In this document: piece after piece, positions 9,066 through 19,059 of the stretch
Position numbering within the stretch: position 1 is the first letter of the stretch
Layout: the number at the start of each line of letters is the position of its first letter
NCBI GenBank assembly: GCA_965223505.1
Contig: CBDCWP010000021.1
Span: 32,001-96,000, forward strand
Reading direction: 5' to 3'
DNA: 64,000 nt
Source: Planctomycetota bacterium
GTDB lineage: Bacteria; Planctomycetota; PLA2; JAEUHO01
The notes under the pieces: generated by a model
What the model was told of the DNA's origin: nothing
The model's database searches: none
What the model saw: only the letters and a program-made list of their open reading frames with translations
Made by a program: the position numbers and the translations under genes

Positions 9066-9740
9066 CTACGCCGGCGACGACGGATCGATCACGCGCCAGC
9101 CGTACTCGCGCCCGATGCGCTCGAAGACGCCGCGATGCCGGTCTCGCGCGCGCTCGTAGGCGAACGCCTCCAACACCACGCTCGTCCCCTCGCCCAGACC
9201 GGCCTCCGTGCGTGCGGCCGTGTTCGACGGATCGAAGGGATAGTAGACGAGCGAACCTTCCTGCGTCGGCGCCAGGGGCTGGTGCGGCGCATCGTCGGGC
9301 GCGATGCGGTACTGGACCTCGAATCCGTTGTCGTGAATGCGATCCGCGCGAAACTCCGGCGGCGGATCGATGTCGATGGTCCGCTTGCCCATCTTGAAGA
9401 TCGCCGCGAACGTCTGCATCGTCGTGCGCTGCAGATAGAAGTCGCGCACGACCTCCTCGGCCTCGCGCCAGAGGCGCGCGACGAGGGCGTCGAGGGCCCG
9501 GTCGTCGCAGATCCGGGTGACGACGTCGACGACCTCCTCGAGGTTCGCCGCGTCGATGGTCTTCATGTTCGGCCGCGTCGCGGGGAGGTCGACGCCCGCG
9601 AGGTCCAGCGCCCACGGAGACGGCAGCTGATACTGCCGTACGGCGTCGTGCGCGATGAACCGCGCGAGCGCTTCTCCCGCGCGCGCGTCCTCGGGTAGCA
9701 CGACCAACAGCGGTTCTTCGTGGGGCAAGGCCTTGGGCAT
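9066..9740 (-). CDS. Hypothetical protein
   Basis: Plausible composition; co-oriented and tightly spaced between the methyltransferase and the CinA-like gene. Confidence 0.65.
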   Translation of the reverse strand: MPKALPHEEPLLVVLPEDARAGEALARFIAHDAVRQYQLPSPWALDLAGVDLPATRPNMKTIDAANLEEVVDVVTRICDDRALDALVARLWREAEEVVRDFYLQRTTMQTFAAIFKMGKRTIDIDPPPEFRADRIHDNGFEVQYRIAPDDAPHQPLAPTQEGSLVYYPFDPSNTAARTEAGLGEGTSVVLEAFAYERARDRHRGVFERIGREYGWRVIDPSSPA

Positions 9741-9752
9741 GAGCGCAACACG

Positions 9753-10400
9753 CTACAAAGAGACCGCGTAGAGCGTGATCTCTGCCCCTTGCGGCCGCGC
9801 CGGCAGAATCGAGGTCGCGCGTAGCCTGAGGCCGACCGATGCGAGCGCTGCGGCAAAGCCGCCCGCGAACGCGCGCCCCGGATCCGCGATCAACCCGCGC
9901 CCGTCGGCCGAGAGATGGGCGGCCAGGAATCGCGCGACCGCCGGGATGTTGCGCTCCTCGTACAGCACATCCGCGCCGAGCACGATGTCCCAAGGGCCGC
10001 CTTCGACGTCGTCTCGCCAGTCGGCTTCGATGAGCCGGCTCGGCACGACGTCCAGCCGCGCGGCTGAGAGCTCGACGAGCCGCAGGGCGCGCGGCTCCCA
10101 GTCGAGGAAGGCAACCGACGCGCCGCGCCGTGCCGCCGCGAGCCCGGAGGGGCCGGCGCCGCAGCCCAGATCGAGCACCTGCACGCCGTCCAGGCGCGGG
10201 CCGTCCAACAACTGCGCCGCGAGCGCGGCGCCCGACGGCCAGAGGGTTCCGAAGTAGGGCACGCGGTCGTCGTCGCCGTGCTGCGCCGCGGCATCGTCCA
10301 GCGTCGCGTCCGGGTCGGCCAGCACGTAGAGCCCGAAGTCCGGGGCGGTGTCGAGGCTCCGCCATGCGAGCGGGTTTCCGTCGAGATGAGGAATTTCCAT
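9753..10400 (-). CDS. Class I SAM-dependent methyltransferase (lysine methyltransferase / Methyltransf_16-like)
   Basis: PYFGTLWPSG, VLDLGCGAG, DIVLGADVLYE, LIADPGR. Confidence 0.85.
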   Translation of the reverse strand: MEIPHLDGNPLAWRSLDTAPDFGLYVLADPDATLDDAAAQHGDDDRVPYFGTLWPSGAALAAQLLDGPRLDGVQVLDLGCGAGPSGLAAARRGASVAFLDWEPRALRLVELSAARLDVVPSRLIEADWRDDVEGGPWDIVLGADVLYEERNIPAVARFLAAHLSADGRGLIADPGRAFAGGFAAALASVGLRLRATSILPARPQGAEITLYAVSL

Positions 10401-10432
10401 ACGGCGCGTTTCTCGGCGATGGTTGGACCATC

Positions 10433-11386
10433 ATGGACTGGCTGATCGTCGACGGACACGAGGACATCGCGATGGCGTTGCTCGAGACGCCGCGGGACTT
10501 CGGCGCGCCCGCGCCCGAAGGGCAGGCGCTGTCGTTGTTCGACGCGAAGCGCGGCGGCGTCGGCCTCATCCTCGGCACCATCTTCGCGACGGAGGGGTAC
10601 TGGGAGGGCTTGAAGCCCCACGATGCCGGCGTGCAGCAGATGGAATGCTACGACCGGCTCCTGGTCGACCACGCGGGCGACCTCTTTCGCGTCGAGAGCA
10701 AGGGCGATCTCGCGCTGTGCCGGCGCGGCGGCCCCATCGGGCTCCTGCATCTGATGGAAGGCGCGGATCCGATCCGCTCGCCGCGCGAGCTGGAGCGTTG
10801 GGTGAACCGCGGTGTTCGCGTGGTCGGCATCGCCTGGAACACGCGCAACCGCTATTGCGGCGCCAAGGGCGACGACCATGGGCTCACGGCCGACGGGCGC
10901 GCGCTGTTCCAAGAGATGCGGCGCCTCAACGTCATCCCCGACATGAGTCACCTGACGCCCGTCGCATTCGACGACGTCATGGCCATGGACGGCGACCTCG
11001 TCGTCGCCAGCCACAGCAACGCCCACGCGCTCCACTCCCATCCGCGCAACCTCACGGACGAGCAGATCCGACGCATCGCCGAGCGAGACGGCCTCGTCGG
11101 CGTCGTGCTCTTCAACCCCTTCCTCAGCCGCAACGGCGCCAGCCTGGAGACCGTCGTCGAGCACATCGATCACATGGTGCAGCTGGTCGGGGCGGAGCAC
11201 GTAGGGATCGGATCCGACCTCGACGGCGGCTTCACGACCGACGACGCGCCGCAGGGAATCGAGACCGTGGCCGACCTGGGCCGCATCGGCGAGGCGCTGC
11301 GCACCCGCGGCTACGCCGACGAGGACATCGAGAAGATTCTCGGCGGCAACTGGATCCGTGTTTTGCGGAGGGCCCTGCCTGGTTGA
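10433..11386 (+). CDS. Membrane dipeptidase (peptidase M19)
   Basis: VDGHED, MEGAD, DMSH, ASHSN, HPRNLTDEQ, GIGSDLDG, KILGGNW. Confidence 0.92.
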   Translation: MDWLIVDGHEDIAMALLETPRDFGAPAPEGQALSLFDAKRGGVGLILGTIFATEGYWEGLKPHDAGVQQMECYDRLLVDHAGDLFRVESKGDLALCRRGGPIGLLHLMEGADPIRSPRELERWVNRGVRVVGIAWNTRNRYCGAKGDDHGLTADGRALFQEMRRLNVIPDMSHLTPVAFDDVMAMDGDLVVASHSNAHALHSHPRNLTDEQIRRIAERDGLVGVVLFNPFLSRNGASLETVVEHIDHMVQLVGAEHVGIGSDLDGGFTTDDAPQGIETVADLGRIGEALRTRGYADEDIEKILGGNWIRVLRRALPG

Positions 11387-11406
11387 GTATCGTGCCCATC
11401 CAACGC

Positions 11407-12345
11407 ATGGGACGTCGACGCATCACGGGCCGCTTCCTCGCTATCGCCGCGCTCGCGGGACTCCTGACCGGCTGTGGCGAGGACGACGTCTCGCACGGGA
11501 TCGAGGGCGTCGGACTGAAGAACCGGCCCACCGGTGATCCGATCGAGGTCGCGTATGCGATCGAGGCCGGCGAGTCGTGGTCGCTCGAATTCGAGCTGGA
11601 CGTGTCGGTCTACGTCGAGACGAACGAAGGGGGCAAGATCAAGCGCAACGACCTCGAGGGACGCATGATCGGCTCGGTCGTACAGCGTCATCGGTGGGAC
11701 GAGACGCAGGGCCGGGCGTTCGGCGACGTCGAGGTGCGGTTCCAGCGCATCGAGGGCAACGGCGAGGTGCACGACACCGAGCAGGCGGCCGCCGCCGGGA
11801 CGTTTCACTACGCGCCCAGCGGTCGGCCGGAGCGCGGATCGCTCGAGGTCGAGCAGAACAGCCGCAACGAAGGCTGGAAGGTGCTGCATTCCGAGTACCT
11901 CGCCGGCTTCGGCGGCAGTCCGTCGTGGCTGCCGGACCGTGCCGTGCGCGTGGGCGAGTCGTGGCCTGCCGAGACGGTGATGGACCACGACGCGCTTCGC
12001 CGGATCTTGAAGGCGCACGCGTTCCCCGGTGCGCGGCTGCCGGACCTTACGTTCGACGGCGAGGTGCGGCTCGAGCGCGTGTTCCAGGAAGACGGCGAGA
12101 CCCGCCTCGAGCTGCGCATCGACGCGCTCGTGGAGCGCAAGGGCCGCATCAGCCACGGACGGTCCAGCGGGCGGATCGCGATGGGCCATCGGATCGAGGG
12201 AACCGCGGTGATCTCGAAGCGTACCGGCTTGCCCGTCCGGATCGACGTCGTGCAGACGGGCACGACCGACATGAAGTCGCCCCAGGAGACCGCCGAGCAG
12301 CGCTCCCGGCTCACGTTCAAGGCCCGCGCGCGGCCCGGTCGATAG
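11407..12345 (+). CDS. Hypothetical lipoprotein
   Basis: MGRRRITGRFLAIAALAGLLTGC lipobox; beta-rich body with VRVGESW motif. Confidence 0.7.
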   Translation: MGRRRITGRFLAIAALAGLLTGCGEDDVSHGIEGVGLKNRPTGDPIEVAYAIEAGESWSLEFELDVSVYVETNEGGKIKRNDLEGRMIGSVVQRHRWDETQGRAFGDVEVRFQRIEGNGEVHDTEQAAAAGTFHYAPSGRPERGSLEVEQNSRNEGWKVLHSEYLAGFGGSPSWLPDRAVRVGESWPAETVMDHDALRRILKAHAFPGARLPDLTFDGEVRLERVFQEDGETRLELRIDALVERKGRISHGRSSGRIAMGHRIEGTAVISKRTGLPVRIDVVQTGTTDMKSPQETAEQRSRLTFKARARPGR

Positions 12346-12354
12346 GATCGCTCC

Positions 12355-13284
12355 ATGAGCAGCAACGGAGACGCCGCCGCTGAACCTGCCGTTCGCTTCG
12401 AGAACGTGACGAAGCGGTTCGGGGACTTCGTCGCCGTCGACGGCATCTCTTTCTCGGTCCCGCGCGGCAGCCTGTTCGGGATCCTCGGCTCCAACGGCGC
12501 CGGCAAGACCACCTCGATCCGCATGCTCATGAACATCTTTCGCTGCGACGAGGGCACGGTGGAGGTCCTCGGCAGTCGCGTGAGCGACGAGCTCAAGCCG
12601 CGCATCGGCTACCTGCCGGAAGAGCGCGGGCTCTACAAGAAGATGCGTGTCGGCGAGATGCTGCGGTTCTTCGGACACATCAAGGGGCGCAGCTCACAGG
12701 ACCTCGAACCGCGCATCGACCGCTGGCTCGACTACCTCGGTCTGGGCGGCTGGAAGAACCGCCGGGTCGAAGAGCTCAGCAAGGGCATGTCGCAGAAGCT
12801 GCAGTTCGCCGTGACCGTCGTTCACGCGCCCGACCTACTGGTGCTCGACGAGCCGTTCGCCGGGCTCGATCCGGTGAACCGGGACGTGCTGCGCGACGCC
12901 GTCCTGTCGCTGCATCGCGAAGGAACGACGGTCGTCTTCTCGACGCACGTGATGGAGCAAGCCGAGCAGCTGTGCCGCGAGCTCGTGCTCATTCATCGCG
13001 GCAAGATCCGGGTTGGCGGCAGTCTCGACCAGGTGCGCGCGTCGGAGGGTCGCCAGGCGGCGCATGTGCGCTACCAGCTCGAGCCCGGCAAGGATCTGGA
13101 CGACCTGCCCGGCGTCACGCACATCGCCGACCACGGCAACGAGGCGGAGCTCACGCTCGAGGAGGGCTGTGACGCCAACGCGTTGCTGCGCGCGTTGATG
13201 GAGCGCGCGGTCATCACCGGGTTCGACCTTCGCGAGCCGAGCCTGCACGAGATCTTCAAGCGCATGGTCGGGGAGGACGCATGA
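12355..13284 (+). CDS. ABC-2 type transporter ATP-binding protein (NatA/YhaQ-like)
   Basis: GSNGAGKTT, GYLPEERGLY, LSKGMSQK, LDEPFAGLDPVN, PSLHEIF. Confidence 0.92.
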   Translation: MSSNGDAAAEPAVRFENVTKRFGDFVAVDGISFSVPRGSLFGILGSNGAGKTTSIRMLMNIFRCDEGTVEVLGSRVSDELKPRIGYLPEERGLYKKMRVGEMLRFFGHIKGRSSQDLEPRIDRWLDYLGLGGWKNRRVEELSKGMSQKLQFAVTVVHAPDLLVLDEPFAGLDPVNRDVLRDAVLSLHREGTTVVFSTHVMEQAEQLCRELVLIHRGKIRVGGSLDQVRASEGRQAAHVRYQLEPGKDLDDLPGVTHIADHGNEAELTLEEGCDANALLRALMERAVITGFDLREPSLHEIFKRMVGEDA

Positions 13285-14540
13285 GCCGCATTTGGTGCGT
13301 CATCAAGCGCGAGTACCTGGAAAACGTGCGCACGAAGGCGTTCCTCATCGGTCTCGTGCTGACACCGATCTGGATGGGCCTCATCTTCGTGGTGCCCGCG
13401 TTGGCCGGCAGCGCGGAGGTCAAGGCTGTCGAGGTGGTGATCGTGGACGAGACCGGGGTCCTGCTCGGACCGTTGACGCAGGACCTCGAGCGCTACGAGT
13501 CGTACGAGATCCGGACGCTCGACCCGGAGACGGCTTGGGACGAGGACGACTACGGCATCTCCGAGATCGACGCGTTGGAGCTTCGGGCCGGCGCGGGCGA
13601 GCTCTTCGCGGTGATCCTGACCACGCCGCTGCTCGAGAAGCGCGAGCCTGGTCCCGACGAGAGGGCGTATCGCATTCTCGGTCCCAGCGGCCTCTCGGCG
13701 CGCGCGGAGGTCGCCCCGCGGCTGTCCGCCGCCGTCGACCGGGTCGTCAACGCGCACATCATCGATCAGCGCGACATCGACGAGGAAGACGCGAAGCTGC
13801 TGCAACGGCGCGGCATCGAGTACGTCCCGCTCGACGCCGAGGGCGAGGCGGCCAGCGACGTCAGCATGGTCACGCCAATCATGTTCATGATGCTGCTCTT
13901 CATGGGCATCGTGGGCATCAGCCAGATGCTCATCAGCAGTACGCTCGAGGAGAAGAGCAACCGCGTCTTCGAGGTGCTGCTGTCGTCGCTGAGCCCGTTC
14001 CAGTTGATGGTCGGGAAGATCCTCGGTATCTGCGGCGTGGGACTCACGCTGATGCTGCTCTGGTCGGGCGGCGGATTGCTCGCGGCGGCGGGCGCCGGAT
14101 TGGACGGCATCGTGAGCGCCCGGCAGGTCGGCTGGTTCCTGGTGTACTACTTCCTCGGCTTCCTGATGATCTCGAGCCTGATGGTCGCCGTCGGCAGCGC
14201 CTGCAACACGCTGAAGGAAGCGCAGAACCTGATGGCGCCGATCTCGATGCTGTTGGCGATGCCGCTCTTGCTGTCGATCGTCATCCTGCGCGACCCCAAC
14301 AGCAGTCTCGCCGTGGGTCTGTCGTTCGTTCCGCCGTTTACGCCGTTCATCATGATGACGCGGCTGGCGAGCGTCCCTGGACCGCCTGCGTGGCAGATGT
14401 GGGCCACGCTCCTGGCCCTCGTGCTCGGCACGTACCTCGCGTTCGTCGCCGCCGGACGGGTGTTCCGGGTGGGCATCCTGCTCTACGGCCAGCCGCCCAA
14501 GCTCTCCCAGATCTGGCGCTGGATGTCGTCGCGCGACTAG
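13281..14540 (+). CDS. ABC-2 type transporter permease (NatB/YhaP-like)
   Basis: IKREY N-terminus, EEKSNRVFEVLL, MVGKILG, multiple TM helices; ATGA overlap with the ATPase. Confidence 0.9.
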   Translation: MSRIWCVIKREYLENVRTKAFLIGLVLTPIWMGLIFVVPALAGSAEVKAVEVVIVDETGVLLGPLTQDLERYESYEIRTLDPETAWDEDDYGISEIDALELRAGAGELFAVILTTPLLEKREPGPDERAYRILGPSGLSARAEVAPRLSAAVDRVVNAHIIDQRDIDEEDAKLLQRRGIEYVPLDAEGEAASDVSMVTPIMFMMLLFMGIVGISQMLISSTLEEKSNRVFEVLLSSLSPFQLMVGKILGICGVGLTLMLLWSGGGLLAAAGAGLDGIVSARQVGWFLVYYFLGFLMISSLMVAVGSACNTLKEAQNLMAPISMLLAMPLLLSIVILRDPNSSLAVGLSFVPPFTPFIMMTRLASVPGPPAWQMWATLLALVLGTYLAFVAAGRVFRVGILLYGQPPKLSQIWRWMSSRD

Positions 14541-14563
14541 CGGGCGCCGAGCAGCCGGCGAGC

Positions 14564-15496
14564 CTAGCGGGTGGGATGGAAGAGGCGGTCGCAGATCTCC
14601 GCGGCGATCTCGCGGTCGGACTCCGCCAGTCGCGCCTCGTTGCGAAGCGCCGTGTTCTCCCCTTCGACGCGCGCGCGCTCGCCCGGTGACAGGTCTTCGG
14701 ACGTGAGTCGACGCAGGTGATCGACGTGTGAACGCACGTTCTTGCGCACGGTCGGATGCTCGTAGATGCCGCGCAACCAACGGCCGAGGATCGGACGGCC
14801 CCGCCACAGGTCGCCGCAGCGGTCGATGTAGTCGATCGCGGCTTCTTCGCAGTCGAGACCCTTGTAGTGGGTGCCGCGGTACGTGGGCACGTCGCTGAAG
14901 ATGTCGGAGTCGGTCAGACGCGCGACGAGGAACAGGTTCTCGAAGATCGCGCGACGGAACGCGTTCACCGAGCGGGTGAACTCGCCGCGGTAGAAGTACG
15001 CGAGGCCGAGGTTGTAGAGCGCGTCCGGATCGTCGCCGACGAGCTGCCATTCGCGAATGGCACGGTCGAGCTCCCCCATCCGGAAGTACGTCTCGCCGAG
15101 CAGGAAGCGCACGTCGAGCGGGTCGGTCGTCGCGAGCCTGAGCAGCTTGCGGAACTTGCGCGCGGCCTCGTCGTAGCGGCCGAGCCAGAACAAACAGAGG
15201 CCCCGGCCATGAAGCGCGCGCAGGTACGGCCGCGTCGTCGTGTCGGACCACCAGCGGTAGCGGCGGCTGGTCAGATCCAGGTGCCGGCGCGCGAAGCGTT
15301 GTGCGCGGCGGAAGTCGCGGTCGGCCCGCTCGAGACGGCCCATGTCGTAGCAGGCCTTGCCCCGGCCGCACCACGCGTCCGCGTTGTCGGGCTCGAGCTC
15401 GAGCGCGCGGTCGTACCACTGGAGCGCCTCTTCAGGCTCTCCGCGTTCGAGGTGCTTGGCGCCCATCCGGCACAGGCGAGTGACTTCTTCCGACAT
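14564..15496 (-). CDS. Tetratricopeptide repeat protein
   Basis: EEALQWYDRALELEPDNADAWCGRG, DALYNLGLAYF repeats; TRPYLRAL motif. Confidence 0.85.
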   Translation of the reverse strand: MSEEVTRLCRMGAKHLERGEPEEALQWYDRALELEPDNADAWCGRGKACYDMGRLERADRDFRRAQRFARRHLDLTSRRYRWWSDTTTRPYLRALHGRGLCLFWLGRYDEAARKFRKLLRLATTDPLDVRFLLGETYFRMGELDRAIREWQLVGDDPDALYNLGLAYFYRGEFTRSVNAFRRAIFENLFLVARLTDSDIFSDVPTYRGTHYKGLDCEEAAIDYIDRCGDLWRGRPILGRWLRGIYEHPTVRKNVRSHVDHLRRLTSEDLSPGERARVEGENTALRNEARLAESDREIAAEICDRLFHPTR

Positions 15497-15552
15497 GGGC
15501 GAAGTGTACCAATGCCGGACGGTCGGGCGCCTTCGGTGCACAATGTCCGGGC

Positions 15553-15987
15553 ATGCGACGAAGGCCTCCGATCCTGTTGATCCTCGTGGTCGTGGCCGGG
15601 CTCACGGTCGCCATCGAGCGGCTCATCGTGACCGACGCGGAGGCGCTCGAGCAGTGGGCGGAGGACGCCGGCGAAGCGGCGTCGGACGTGGACCTCGAGC
15701 GGCTGCGGGCGCTCATGGCGGACGAGGTGACCTTCCAGCACCGGGACCTGGACGCGACCATGGAGCACCTGGGCGGGCAGCTCCGCAAGTACGCGCCCCG
15801 CAACGTCGCCGTGGAGCTACGGCAGATCGAGGTGCACGGGGACGTGGCCCACTCCGACGCCCGAATCAGCTGCGTGGTGGTCGGACGGCCGGTTCGTCTG
15901 GCCGCGAAGCTGCATTTCCAGCGGGCGGACGGCGTTTGGCGGCTGTCCAAGGTCGAAAACGTGACGCAAGCGGGCCTCGCCCGCTGA
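15553..15987 (+). CDS. Membrane-anchored NTF2/SnoaL-like hypothetical protein
   Basis: N-terminal TM helix; DLERLRALMADEVTF...IEVHGDVA...DGVWRL pattern. Confidence 0.6.
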   Translation: MRRRPPILLILVVVAGLTVAIERLIVTDAEALEQWAEDAGEAASDVDLERLRALMADEVTFQHRDLDATMEHLGGQLRKYAPRNVAVELRQIEVHGDVAHSDARISCVVVGRPVRLAAKLHFQRADGVWRLSKVENVTQAGLAR

Positions 15988-16033
15988 AATCCGGGCTCCG
16001 CGACCCGCTGGTAGTGCGTAGCAAGTGTTCAGG

Positions 16034-16732
16034 ATGCGTTCCGACGAGGTCGATAGGGCTGCTGCCGTCGTGAGCCAAGAACTCGCCATTCTCTTCGAGA
16101 TCCTGCTACCGGACTCGCTCGAGCCGTTGCTCAGCGAGGCCGTGGACTGCACCGTCACGCGCGAAGGCCGCGACGGGCGCCACAACGTGACGGCCTCGGG
16201 CGTCTTCGAGGGCGGGCTCACGGCCGACCTCTTCGGCCTTGCGCGCAGCCAGGCGCTCAACGGCGCGCTCGTGGTCGCGGCGCCGGACGCGAAGCGGGTC
16301 TTGTACTTCCGCAAGGGCGTCGTCGTCGGCGCGCGCAGCAATCTGGCGGAGGAGCGGTTGGGGCAGATCCTGCTCTCCGCGGACCTCGTTTCGTTGGACG
16401 AGGCGCAGCAGATCATCGACGCGGAGAACCACTACGGCATCGGCGCGGCGCTCGAGATGGTCTCCGCGGAGGCCGCCCAGTGGGGCATGGAGCGGCGTGT
16501 CTGGGAGATGGCGACGGGCCTGTTCTTCGTCGAGGGCGGTCACTACGTGTTGGTCGAGGGCGAGCCGGTGTTGGAAGGCGTGCTCGAGGTCGGCTTCCAG
16601 CCGATGCAGCTGTCAATGGACGGCATGCGGCGCGTGGACGAGCACCGCAACTTCCTAGCGCAGCAAGAAGCCTCGGGCAAGAAGAAGAAGCGCGGGTTCT
16701 TCAAACGCAAGCAGGCCGCAGAGGCGTCGTAG
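16034..16732 (+). CDS. DUF4388/PATAN-like domain protein (start uncertain; 16070 possible)
   Basis: GALVV...KRVLYFRKGVVVGARSN...RLGQILL...PMQLSMDGMRRVDE. Confidence 0.7.
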   Translation: MRSDEVDRAAAVVSQELAILFEILLPDSLEPLLSEAVDCTVTREGRDGRHNVTASGVFEGGLTADLFGLARSQALNGALVVAAPDAKRVLYFRKGVVVGARSNLAEERLGQILLSADLVSLDEAQQIIDAENHYGIGAALEMVSAEAAQWGMERRVWEMATGLFFVEGGHYVLVEGEPVLEGVLEVGFQPMQLSMDGMRRVDEHRNFLAQQEASGKKKKRGFFKRKQAAEAS

Positions 16733-16747
16733 CGCGGCTCCGCTTCC

Positions 16748-18340
16748 CTACTTCAGCACGATCCACGCGCTCGGCTTGCCCTGCTTGCCGCCGACGATCG
16801 CGCGGACGCGCCAACGGAACGCCTGCGTCGCCGACGTGTCCATGCGCTCGAGCTCAAGCGTGACCGCCGTCGTCTTCGCCGGCTTGCGCGCGCTCGGAAG
16901 CCACGTTCCGCCCGCGCCGGCCTCCTCGACCTCCAGAAGGTACGCTGTCGCGCCCTTCACGGCACGCCAGCTGAACCCGACCGGCACCACCGCGTCCCCC
17001 GGTAGCTCCGTGCCGGCGCCCGGCGCGATCGGCTTCGGCGCGCCCGTCGAGGCCGTCGTCGCACCACCCGCCGCGCGCGGCGCCGGGGCCGGCGCGGACG
17101 CGGGTTCGCGACGCGGCGCCCCACCCGTCGGCGGTCCCGCCTTCGGCAGCTCGCCCGGACCGATCCAGATGCGCACGAGCCCGCCCTTCGGAACCCGCTT
17201 GCCGCCCGCCGGCTGCTGATCCACCACGCGCCCGGGCAACCCGGTGCGCGCCTTCTCGATCTGCGGCTCGAGGCCGAGGTCCTCCAAGATGCGCTCCGCC
17301 TGCAAGTACGTACGGTCCAGCAGATTCGGCACGTCGACATCGCGGACGTACACCGCCGGCGCCATCGGCGTCTCGGCGTCGTAGTCGCCGCCCGCGGTGA
17401 CGACCACCTTCACGACCCCGCGCGCGCCAGGCTCGGTGCCCGGCGCCGGCTCCTGACGCAGTACGCGTCCCACCGGATGTCCGGCGACACGCTCGACGTA
17501 GAGAATCATGTTCGCGTCGCGTGTGAGCTGCTCGGCGTCGTTCAGATCCAGGCCCAACAGCTCCGGCACGCGGCCCACTTCGACCGTCGCGGCACGCGGC
17601 GCATCCGGAGAGCCGATCTCCTCGGCGGGTCCCTCGCCCGTCGCGTCCGCGTTGATGTCGTCGAGCCACGGGTTGCGATCCGGCAGCGCCGCGTCGGCGG
17701 CGGCGGGTTCGGGCGCGGCCGGCGCGTCTTGCGACGGCGGCGACGTGACCGCCGGGGGATCGTTGCCGAGCGGCACCGCCGGCGGCGGCGCTGCGTGCTC
17801 GGGCACGTCGGCGACGCCCCCCGCATCGGCGGGCGCGGGCGCCGCCGTCCCGGCGTCGCGCTTGGAGCCGGCGTTCGGAATCGGCTGCACGTTCAGGTTG
17901 CGGAAGCGCGGATCGCGCGGCAGGCGTCCGTCCTCTTCGGCCAGAACGATCAGGTCGATCGCGCTCCCGCGTGGCAGCGTGCGACCGGGACTGGGGCTCT
18001 GGATGAAGACCTCGTCGATCTGCATGCCGACCGAGAGCGCCAAGGCGCGTTTGTCGCGCGGGTAGTACTTGATGTAGTACGCGTAGATGCGCTCACGCGA
18101 CATCTCATAGACGTTGCCGACGCGGAACCCGACCCGGCCCAGGACGGCGCGCGCCTTGTCGAGCGGCTGGTTCTGCACCGCGGGCACCACCACGGTGCGG
18201 GAGAGGGGCGCGCCCTTCTTGGCGCCGGCTTCTTCGTCCCCGTGCGCAGCTTGGCCCGCCAGAAAAACCAGCGCGCAGGCAAGGGACGCAGCCGCGCGCA
18301 CCCACCGTTCGCGCCCAGTGCCTGCACCCCAGCCGTCCAT
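16748..18340 (-). CDS. Exported protein with three PASTA domains and a C-terminal beta-sandwich (FN3-like)
   Basis: VVPAVQNQPLDKARAVL...QSPSPG, VPELLGLDLNDAEQ...QEPAPG, VPNLLDRTYLQAERIL...QQPAGG; WRAVKGATAYLLEV...WRVRA. Confidence 0.8.
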   Translation of the reverse strand: MDGWGAGTGRERWVRAAASLACALVFLAGQAAHGDEEAGAKKGAPLSRTVVVPAVQNQPLDKARAVLGRVGFRVGNVYEMSRERIYAYYIKYYPRDKRALALSVGMQIDEVFIQSPSPGRTLPRGSAIDLIVLAEEDGRLPRDPRFRNLNVQPIPNAGSKRDAGTAAPAPADAGGVADVPEHAAPPPAVPLGNDPPAVTSPPSQDAPAAPEPAAADAALPDRNPWLDDINADATGEGPAEEIGSPDAPRAATVEVGRVPELLGLDLNDAEQLTRDANMILYVERVAGHPVGRVLRQEPAPGTEPGARGVVKVVVTAGGDYDAETPMAPAVYVRDVDVPNLLDRTYLQAERILEDLGLEPQIEKARTGLPGRVVDQQPAGGKRVPKGGLVRIWIGPGELPKAGPPTGGAPRREPASAPAPAPRAAGGATTASTGAPKPIAPGAGTELPGDAVVPVGFSWRAVKGATAYLLEVEEAGAGGTWLPSARKPAKTTAVTLELERMDTSATQAFRWRVRAIVGGKQGKPSAWIVLK

Positions 18341-18369
18341 CGACCCAGTGTACGCACGAAGCGCGCGGA

Positions 18370-19059
18370 TCAATCATTCAGGAGCGCGCCGTCGCGCAGG
18401 TGCAGCACCCGGTCGGCCTCCGCCAGCATGCCGGGATCGTGGGTGACGACCAGCAACGCGCTCGTGCGCGTACGCTCACGCAGCAGCGCAATGACGCTGC
18501 GACCGGTCTCCTGGTCGAGCGCCGCCGTGGGCTCGTCGGCGAGCAGCACGTCCGGATCGTTGGCCAGCGCGCGCAGGACGCCCGCCCGCTGCCGCTCGCC
18601 GCCCGAGAGGCGATGCGGACGCTCGTCCAACATCGACGACATGCCGATCTCGGCCGCAATCGCCTCCACACGCCGTCCCGCCTCGGGACCGGTCGCGTGC
18701 GTGAGCGCGTTCTCGCGCACGCTCAGGTAGGGCACGAGGAAGGGCTCCTGAAACAGGAATCCGACGTGCGCGCGCCGGACACCGGCGCCACCGTCGGGTG
18801 TGGCCGGCAACGGGTTCCCGAGGAGCCATACCGCCCCTTGGTCCGCTGCGCGCAGACCCGCCAGCAGGAAGAGCAGGCTCGACTTGCCGGAACCGGACGG
18901 GCCGACCAGCCCGACGAACTCCCCGCGACGCACGGCGAGGCTCACGTGGTCGACGGCACGCACGCGCCGGTCGCCGTCCTGGTACTCGAGCACGAGGTCC
19001 TCGGCCCGTAGCAGCTCGTCGTCGTCTGGACGACGGTCGTGATGGTGGTGCTCGTGCAT
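18370..19059 (-). CDS. ABC transporter ATP-binding protein (LolD/MacB-like)
   Basis: GPSGSGKSS, LSGGERQR, ADEPTAALD, VVTHD; N-terminal HEHHHH. Confidence 0.9.
   Translation of the reverse strand: MHEHHHHDRRPDDDELLRAEDLVLEYQDGDRRVRAVDHVSLAVRRGEFVGLVGPSGSGKSSLLFLLAGLRAADQGAVWLLGNPLPATPDGGAGVRRAHVGFLFQEPFLVPYLSVRENALTHATGPEAGRRVEAIAAEIGMSSMLDERPHRLSGGERQRAGVLRALANDPDVLLADEPTAALDQETGRSVIALLRERTRTSALLVVTHDPGMLAEADRVLHLRDGALLND

Noticed and set aside
10423..12345. 640-aa ORF as a dipeptidase-lipoprotein fusion
   Set aside because: The first half is an off-frame shadow of the M19 dipeptidase; the lipoprotein signal starts at 11407.
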